Sequence record: OR413578.1
Strand: one strand, 5' to 3'
Length of the DNA stretch: 64,000 nucleotides
Positions 57,476 through 64,000 of the stretch are shown in pieces; positions within the stretch are counted from its first letter, which is position 1; the number at the start of each line of letters is the position of its first letter. A model generated the notes under the pieces. That model was given only the letters and a program-made list of their open reading frames with translations, did no database searches and was not told the origin of the DNA. The position numbers and the translations under genes were made by a program.

Positions 57476-59205
57476 GCATGGAAATGACAGGTAACGCCAC
57501 CCACCCCAAATGGCGTTTGGGGGAGATCGGTGAAGTCCTGCGTTCACGTATGGCTGAGCGTATTGATTCTGTCAACCAGCTCAATCTGTACATGCAACGC
57601 AACGAAGCCGACTTAATCTACGGCTCTCGACTGATTCTGCAAATCGACGCGATTCTTGATGAGGTGCGACGCGCGGGATTGTCGAAAGATGTCGCTGTCG
57701 CTGTTGAATCTTCTCGCCCAGGCACAATTCCCGAAGCTGTCCGCAAAATCCTGACCTCTAACTATACCCGCACGCACCAGAAAGAGACTATTGTTGCGCT
57801 CGAATCCTGGGCAAATGCAGGTAAAGTGGGATTGGTTGTGTTAATCATGACCGCGATTATCAAAATCGTCGGTTGGATTATCAGCAACGGTAACGGGTTT
57901 GCTGGTAATGGCGAATTCGACGGCGAAGGTTACGCTGAGAAAGTCGGCGAAAAAGCAGAGAGTTTCTCCCAGACCGAAAACACTATCATCGGTCAGCTGA
58001 AAATCAGCGCAGTGAAAGATGCATACATCGAAGCCTCTAAGGGTCTGAAAGGTCGCGACCTGGAAAACCTGAACTTGGCTATCGCGATGGCCGACGAAGT
58101 GTTTACGAACATGAACGCGGAAGAGTATCTGAACGACTTGAGCAGCGCGCTGGGTCGTTCGCCGTTCACTGAATTGTTCAAAGGTTACACTAAGAAACGC
58201 CAATCGAGCCAGCAGGTTATTCACGACCTGTTAGATACCCTGTTACAACACAACGTAACTTACGGTATCTATCCGATTGAGGTGGGTAAGAAAGCCTGGC
58301 AGGCATTGCCGAAGTCTGCGCGTGAAGCCGGTGTGCGTATTCCGAACCTGTTGAACTTCCAACAGATGTCGAATGTTGCCAGCGAACTTATCGGCTACTT
58401 TGGCTCCCTCCAAAGTGCCTTTAAAGCAATGATCGACCCAAGCGTTGCCGAGGGTTTTAAGAATCAGCAAGGTTCAACCACTACCCATAACGGTAAGCAG
58501 GTCAATAAAGCAGCACACGACACCGCGCTTATCTTCGGCCAGGCGTTAGCGCAGCTGAACACCACGATGAACTTCATCATCAGCGACGTTTCCCGCAAAG
58601 GATTCGAATACGCTACTGCACCTTTGGTCGTTATCCCAGAAAACAAAGTTCGCGGTTTAGTGGGTCATGACGATGGTGTGGACTTCGTGCCTGGTAAAGT
58701 GTTGGTTAATGCACAAGCATCGGCGTTCTTGGGACGCGAGTGCTTAGAGCAAATGCGCCAAGCGGGCACGTTATCGGTTGGTGACGAACGTGAGCTGCTG
58801 GCCGTGGTGGTAACGCTAGGTAAACAAGGTTTTACCAACGACACCGCCGCGACTAACCTGAACCGTTACAGTGCACTGGATAAGGCGGTTAATAACACGA
58901 TTAAAGTGTTGGAGCAGTTCCAGAAAGCAACCAAGGATAACGCTGAATACGTTAACCTGATTAGCGAAGTCATTATGAACGAGCTTAATCAACCTTCTGG
59001 TCTGCGCACCGACGGTCGTGAACTCTCGATGGTGTTATTCTCCCCAGACGGTGATGAAGACCTCTTCGTCGGCTTGCGTCGTAACCTGTCGTTGGTGCGT
59101 CGTTGTTGCGGTGCTGCCGCTACACTGCAGACGATACTGAACCTGGCCAAACGTAACCCGTTGGTGAAAGGCAATAATCGCAAAAACATGCTTGACGGCG
59201 AATAA
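57472..59205 (+). CDS. Head/ejection protein with a predicted TM helix
   Basis: 577 aa; AVE-S and ALE-S sites, then KVGLVVLIMTAIIKIVGWII. Confidence 0.7.
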   Translation: MSMEMTGNATHPKWRLGEIGEVLRSRMAERIDSVNQLNLYMQRNEADLIYGSRLILQIDAILDEVRRAGLSKDVAVAVESSRPGTIPEAVRKILTSNYTRTHQKETIVALESWANAGKVGLVVLIMTAIIKIVGWIISNGNGFAGNGEFDGEGYAEKVGEKAESFSQTENTIIGQLKISAVKDAYIEASKGLKGRDLENLNLAIAMADEVFTNMNAEEYLNDLSSALGRSPFTELFKGYTKKRQSSQQVIHDLLDTLLQHNVTYGIYPIEVGKKAWQALPKSAREAGVRIPNLLNFQQMSNVASELIGYFGSLQSAFKAMIDPSVAEGFKNQQGSTTTHNGKQVNKAAHDTALIFGQALAQLNTTMNFIISDVSRKGFEYATAPLVVIPENKVRGLVGHDDGVDFVPGKVLVNAQASAFLGRECLEQMRQAGTLSVGDERELLAVVVTLGKQGFTNDTAATNLNRYSALDKAVNNTIKVLEQFQKATKDNAEYVNLISEVIMNELNQPSGLRTDGRELSMVLFSPDGDEDLFVGLRRNLSLVRRCCGAAATLQTILNLAKRNPLVKGNNRKNMLDGE

Positions 59206-59214
59206 AATAAAAGG

Positions 59215-59240
59215 CTACCCTCTCCTTCGGGAGAGGGTAG
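59215..59240. terminator. Bidirectional terminator with UUCG loop
   Basis: CTACCCTCTCC-TTCG-GGAGAGGGTAG. Confidence 0.85.
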
Positions 59241-59246
59241 TGCTTT

Positions 59247-62207
59247 TTATTCTTTTTCGGTATCGTGACGGTTGTACGACAGTACGATGTCATCTTTCAA
59301 ACCGATGTCGCCATTGGCTTCAATATCGAGCTTCTTACCAATTGTAGCTCGCGCTGCTTCGGTAATGACAGTGAACAGTCGCAGGTCTTTATCTGGCCCC
59401 ATGTCGTCGAGTTCAACACCGATAATGGCATCGTTAAGCGTATTGCGTAACGCATTACCGATCTCGGTTGCTGAAACGGTCAGATGTGTTGACAGATAGT
59501 CGTTAATGACTTGCGAAGTCCGTTTCCGGATTTGTGCCAGAAGCTCGCTGTTTGCTCGGTTCGCTGCCGTGAGGTAATATTTGACAGTGAACTGGTTTTC
59601 AGCAGGCAGTGGTGACACAACCCCGTCTTCGGTACGTACGTCGATATAACCCATCGTAGTGATAGGAACAAAGAAACCTTCAGTTTGCTCCAACAGCAGC
59701 GGTTTCAGATTCGGCAGTACCACCGTAACGTAGTTGATGATATTGTCAATCACGCTATCAAGGTACGCTTTAACCGCTTTCGAGGTTGCGAACTTATAAC
59801 GGGCATCGAAGACAGCCATTTCACTACGGAACTTAATACTGCGCGGCTTCGCAATAATAGGCTGACCGTTCCCGTCGAAGATTTGTTCCCCAACGTGGTG
59901 TGCGATTTCTTGCTCACCGGTGGCCGGGTCTATTTTCGGATCGCCTTTGCGATGCAGATACGTGATTTGCAACGGTGGAACAGCATCAGGGTCGTACGTA
60001 TACTCAGGCGTTACGCCATCGTCTTTGGTTTTAATAACATCCTTTTCCCAATACGCCAGAACGTCCTCCTGGTAGTATTCGTAGTTGATGCTGTCCGTTA
60101 CTGCACGTGCTTTTCGCCAGTAATAGGACATGGCTTTACCCAGCTCGATTTTGAAAATCTCATGAGTAATCCCAATACCATCGCGCGCAGGTGGTACAAT
60201 CATTGTATCCATTTCAGCACGTTCGTAATTACCGGGGTAGTAACCCGTACAGCCGTAGAACACGTTATACTCGGTTAACAACGGTGCAGGTGTGTCCACA
60301 TCCACTTCGGTGGTGATTCGGGTGTTGTTGATAATCAGCTCATCGTTACGGTCAACGTCGAGATTGGTTTTCAACAAGAATTCCCATACACGCTCCGAAC
60401 CTTGACGACCCACTAAGGTGCCGTTGATGTACGCCAGCTTACCGTCTGCATTACGCGGCGAGAAGGAAATCTGCGCAAAGACCTGGTCATCACTTAACGC
60501 CTGGTATGGTGGTTCTGATTTAGTCACAGTGCGCAGGATATAACCTTCGGCCGTTTTCTCAATCTGATAATCTGCAGTGACAACACTCAGCTCCGTTGTC
60601 ACGTTGGTGCTAACGAAACGTTTTGAGTTCAACTGTGGTTTATCGAGTTGGTAAATACGAACGTCGCAAGATTTGTTGTTAATGTCCACCACGTAATGGA
60701 ACGGCGTGAACAGGTAACGGTTAGTGTTACCCGCGTTAACCAAATCTTCTTTACGCATGGTCTTCGCAAGGATGGTCATCTCCGCATCGATTTGCAGACT
60801 GGTATCCGTAAAGCGATACAGTGTATCTGGCTCAATTGTCAAACGGTTGCCGTTAATACGGACCGTCGGCAGTTTCACCAGTTCATCCCAGCTAAAGTAC
60901 AGCGGGGCGGTGATGGTCCCGATAGGGGAACTCACTTTAGATAACGTGGACTCCGGCATCGGCGCAGTCAGGAAGTAAGTACGCCCAGTTACGTAATCGT
61001 TCGGCTTAGACAAGGTCAGGCCGTAATCCGATACCGTGGCTTCTAACTGTTTCTCTGTTACTGGCAGTTTGCGAATCCCCACTGCATTGTTTACCACACG
61101 GTCACGCAACTCATCAAACGAAAGTTGTGTACGCCCCCCGGTGGCGTAACTGCCTTCTTCCGCAACCAGCATTTTGATGGAGAATGATTTCAACGGGTTG
61201 ATGTATCCCGCATCGTATTCACCGTTCAAGTCGCGCAATGAGAAGGTGTACTCGTCCGCCGGAAATGCAGAAACGTCGAGGTCGAGTGGCCCGATGGTCG
61301 TATATACGTCCATGCGGATTTCACCACTTACCAGGTTCTTCGCCATGTAGATAGACGGTATCGTACAACGAATGGACTGGTTAACGACTTGAATCAGCGC
61401 CGTAGGCGTGTTTGGATCGTAAACGTCACGACTGTGCGTGTGGTGGATTTCTGTCCAGGTGTTTGAATTGGACGGTTTATTCCACACCCGTGCGTAGAAG
61501 AACTTGTTGGTGAACGTGCGCGTCATCACAAACGTGTTCTGCCCCAACAACGTATCGTTCTCGTCCTTTACACTGTACTGCATCACCGGAATACGGATAG
61601 CCAGTATCTGCGACGGTGTGCTAGGAACACTTGTCAACTCCCAGTCCAACGCGTTAGTGGTTACGGGCGATATCGGTGACTGGGTTTCGGTAATCCACAA
61701 GACCTGGAAGGCTGGATTATCAACGGTACCATACGGCAGCACTCGAATTTCGATAGGATACTGGATGGCAAAGTTGTAACCTGAAACAGTAAAGACGGTA
61801 TCCCGTGGAATCACGACTTTACGAATACCTGCCACGTTTAACGGCATCGCCTTCGCTAATAGAGAGTCGACATCTAGAAGCAGCAGTAAGGTCGCTTGTG
61901 ATGGCTGGGCAAAAACATCGACGTAATCCACGTCAGACATGTGGCGGAACAGATCATCGTGAGTCTGTGCCATAGAAGGGAACATCTTCGGAATGGTGTC
62001 CCGATCGCCCTGGATAATAGTGTGACCCATCGTAATTCCGACCTCGGTCATGTAGACCACCGGGTCGGTCGGGTCACGTAGCAGGATTTGCCCGTCGGCG
62101 TCCTGCACGTCTTGGAGCTGGTTCAGCATTAATGACTGCATTGCCGATGGGTTATGTGCCATCAGCAGCAAGTCTTTCGATAATGCGTCGTACGTTTTCG
62201 TAGTCAT
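59247..62207 (-). CDS. Probable baseplate wedge protein (T4 gp6/baseplate J-like)
   Basis: 986 aa; GGR...FDELRDRV...PVTEKQL resembles the gp6/J pattern; synteny. Confidence 0.55.
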   Translation of the reverse strand: MTTKTYDALSKDLLLMAHNPSAMQSLMLNQLQDVQDADGQILLRDPTDPVVYMTEVGITMGHTIIQGDRDTIPKMFPSMAQTHDDLFRHMSDVDYVDVFAQPSQATLLLLLDVDSLLAKAMPLNVAGIRKVVIPRDTVFTVSGYNFAIQYPIEIRVLPYGTVDNPAFQVLWITETQSPISPVTTNALDWELTSVPSTPSQILAIRIPVMQYSVKDENDTLLGQNTFVMTRTFTNKFFYARVWNKPSNSNTWTEIHHTHSRDVYDPNTPTALIQVVNQSIRCTIPSIYMAKNLVSGEIRMDVYTTIGPLDLDVSAFPADEYTFSLRDLNGEYDAGYINPLKSFSIKMLVAEEGSYATGGRTQLSFDELRDRVVNNAVGIRKLPVTEKQLEATVSDYGLTLSKPNDYVTGRTYFLTAPMPESTLSKVSSPIGTITAPLYFSWDELVKLPTVRINGNRLTIEPDTLYRFTDTSLQIDAEMTILAKTMRKEDLVNAGNTNRYLFTPFHYVVDINNKSCDVRIYQLDKPQLNSKRFVSTNVTTELSVVTADYQIEKTAEGYILRTVTKSEPPYQALSDDQVFAQISFSPRNADGKLAYINGTLVGRQGSERVWEFLLKTNLDVDRNDELIINNTRITTEVDVDTPAPLLTEYNVFYGCTGYYPGNYERAEMDTMIVPPARDGIGITHEIFKIELGKAMSYYWRKARAVTDSINYEYYQEDVLAYWEKDVIKTKDDGVTPEYTYDPDAVPPLQITYLHRKGDPKIDPATGEQEIAHHVGEQIFDGNGQPIIAKPRSIKFRSEMAVFDARYKFATSKAVKAYLDSVIDNIINYVTVVLPNLKPLLLEQTEGFFVPITTMGYIDVRTEDGVVSPLPAENQFTVKYYLTAANRANSELLAQIRKRTSQVINDYLSTHLTVSATEIGNALRNTLNDAIIGVELDDMGPDKDLRLFTVITEAARATIGKKLDIEANGDIGLKDDIVLSYNRHDTEKE

Positions 62208-63469
62208 TACAGTAAGCCCGCTCGTTTAAGGATGAATTGGTAATCTGCCTGATAAACATACCAGGTCAGTTTACGACGCAGGGAGTCGATGTGCGGATAG
62301 CCGTAGTAGTTGAACAGCGGTAGTAGCTGTGGTGCAATCGGCACAAGCTGGTCTTCAGCAATCGGGATAAAGTTGCCCGCTGCAACACTCCCTGGTTGCG
62401 GCATCATATCCGGGTTAAACATAGACACCGTCAAGTTGAACATCTCCATGTACAATGGGTCATCGAAGCGCGCCCCGATACATTGCCAGTTGAGGTTAAT
62501 TGTGGTGTCGTCATTTAATTGAGGCTTGGTGTTGTCGACGTTCGCCATTTGACCGGCGTTATCGTTCATCGGCCAACAAACACACGCTGTCCAGAAACGT
62601 GTGATGTTTCCGAGCGCGTCGTATTTAAACCCGTACATCCTCGACTGGTAGTCAATGCGGCGTTGGATGGAGTTACGCATCTTCGGTTTGAACTTACCCA
62701 TCTTAATGCCGGACATATACTCCAGCCACACGCCCATCATTCGCATGATAGGGTTGCCGTATGGGTTGTTCAGCGACATCGACATACTGTACTGGTTATT
62801 GATTTCATGTGTGGAGTCAACCATACCCCACTGTTCGCGCATTAAACCTTCTTCAGACATCCAGTTATCGACAGACTGGTCAGGCATCCCCGAGAGGCTC
62901 AGCATCTGCGTACTCAGCAATGGTATGAATGCCTGAAGATTGTCAAACATAATGTCCTTCATGAATGGCGTGCCCAAACGGTTCTTTCTTCGCCCATCTT
63001 CCATCGGTGAATCAGAGAACCCCAATTCAAAATCTGGGTCTAACGCTGCCAGAATGGAATAGTCGAGTGACGATTTCGGCTGAGAAGCCATGTTCGACAT
63101 CTTGCGCGAGTTGGCAATGTTGTCAAAGCACAAGTTGAAGTCAGGGCGGGTAATGAAGGTTAGGCCACCGTACTCACGGTTAACAGGCGTCGGGTTCGAC
63201 GCCATCATATGGTTGAACCCCATGTAGGGGTTGGTCACACGCTGCGCAGCCAGACCCAAACCTAACGTAAGACGGATACGGTCATTCCAACCCGATAACT
63301 CATCATTAACGTTGTACGCCGTGGTGGGTTTCGCATCGGACAGTCGACGGTCAAAGTAGTCGGCGACCGATGGTACTGCATCGATATTATTCGGGTTTTG
63401 ATACGAATTGTCGTAGTCGGTATTCGGGTCATACCCCGGATCGTTCTTATCGGTCTCGTTACTCATCAT
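62207..63469 (-). CDS. Probable tube-like baseplate/hub protein
   Basis: 420 aa; C-terminal half has tail-tube-like beta pattern (W...I...DY...F...WP). Confidence 0.5.
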   Translation of the reverse strand: MMSNETDKNDPGYDPNTDYDNSYQNPNNIDAVPSVADYFDRRLSDAKPTTAYNVNDELSGWNDRIRLTLGLGLAAQRVTNPYMGFNHMMASNPTPVNREYGGLTFITRPDFNLCFDNIANSRKMSNMASQPKSSLDYSILAALDPDFELGFSDSPMEDGRRKNRLGTPFMKDIMFDNLQAFIPLLSTQMLSLSGMPDQSVDNWMSEEGLMREQWGMVDSTHEINNQYSMSMSLNNPYGNPIMRMMGVWLEYMSGIKMGKFKPKMRNSIQRRIDYQSRMYGFKYDALGNITRFWTACVCWPMNDNAGQMANVDNTKPQLNDDTTINLNWQCIGARFDDPLYMEMFNLTVSMFNPDMMPQPGSVAAGNFIPIAEDQLVPIAPQLLPLFNYYGYPHIDSLRRKLTWYVYQADYQFILKRAGLL

Positions 63470-63491
63470 TAACTCCGGAGTTTAGTTAAAA

Positions 63492-64000
63492 ATGGCAGAA
63501 AAAACATTTGAGACATCGCTCGTCTCCTTTCTTTCTAAGTTTCCCATGCTGCTTCGCCAGCGGGCGGAATCGACGGAAGAATTCAACTCTGTGCTGTACA
63601 ACGAGCACACCACGCTGGTTGAACAAAGTCTGTTGGGCTTAGATTACCTGCCAGGTATTCTGGAGAAAATCCAAATCCTGCTCGCGGGCAACCAACTTAC
63701 CGCCATCTCAATTCTGGTAGGTGTTCCTGAGGTTGATATCCTTGGTACGCTTGACCAGGTTAGCACCCGTCGTAATGCCCTCGATGCGGCTGCACGTTCG
63801 GGTTCTCGCTTAGCGTCTTTCGCAATCGGCGAGTCCTCCCGTCACACGCTGCCGTCATACGATAAAATCGGGCTTGCGGTCGGTGAATCCCGTCGCCAGA
63901 AATCCGATAACAAAGTAGCGACTGAATCATCCGCAGGTTCTGTGCTGCCGAACAACACGCTGAAGTTCCTGCATGATCAAGAAGGTCTGTCCAACGGTAA
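63492..64000 (+). CDS. Head protein, 3'-truncated by the window edge
   Basis: Open frame from ATG 63492 (MAEKTFETSLVS...) to the window end; repeated processing-like sites IGE-S, VGE-S, ATE-S; not in the ORF track. Confidence 0.75.
   Translation, partial: MAEKTFETSLVSFLSKFPMLLRQRAESTEEFNSVLYNEHTTLVEQSLLGLDYLPGILEKIQILLAGNQLTAISILVGVPEVDILGTLDQVSTRRNALDAAARSGSRLASFAIGESSRHTLPSYDKIGLAVGESRRQKSDNKVATESSAGSVLPNNTLKFLHDQEGLSNG

Noticed and set aside
1-64000. CRISPR array, transposase, integrase, intein or homing endonuclease, rRNA, alternative genetic code
   Set aside because: I saw no regular repeat-spacer array or the relevant motifs, and core genes read intact with the standard code.

Overview
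This 64 kb window (roughly 50% GC by eye) is part of a phiKZ-like, nucleus-forming jumbo myophage (Chimalliviridae). Its gene order recalls SPN3US-like Salmonella/Erwinia phages; that assignment is from memory, not a search. Left to right it contains: baseplate-type genes and the terminase large subunit; a ~5 kb accessory, largely non-coding island; a run of small hypothetical genes; the C-terminal half of a split family-B DNA polymerase; the phage-nucleus core block (chimallin, non-virion RNAP subunits, SbcD, FEN-like nuclease, ChmC, PicA, SF2 helicase); a virion RNAP beta-prime subunit; the N-terminal half of the DNA polymerase; and head/ejection and baseplate genes. The most novel-looking signals are: (i) a T_TTT_TTC -1 frameshift site that would fuse the 655-aa ORF at 48181 to the next ORF (794 aa), like tail-chaperone G/GT; (ii) a ~1.5 kb island of structured non-coding modules that includes an anticodon-less tRNA-like element, a distorted CAT tRNA and two CCA-ending non-canonical folds; (iii) a second ~800-nt structured region next to a 96%-AT core ringed by 7 GATC sites (origin-like); (iv) an apparently catalytically dead DNA-ligase-fold protein; and (v) Gly/Leu repeat tails on the PicA and gp70-like proteins. 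All homology calls come from motifs and synteny read by eye; no database search or folding computation was run.
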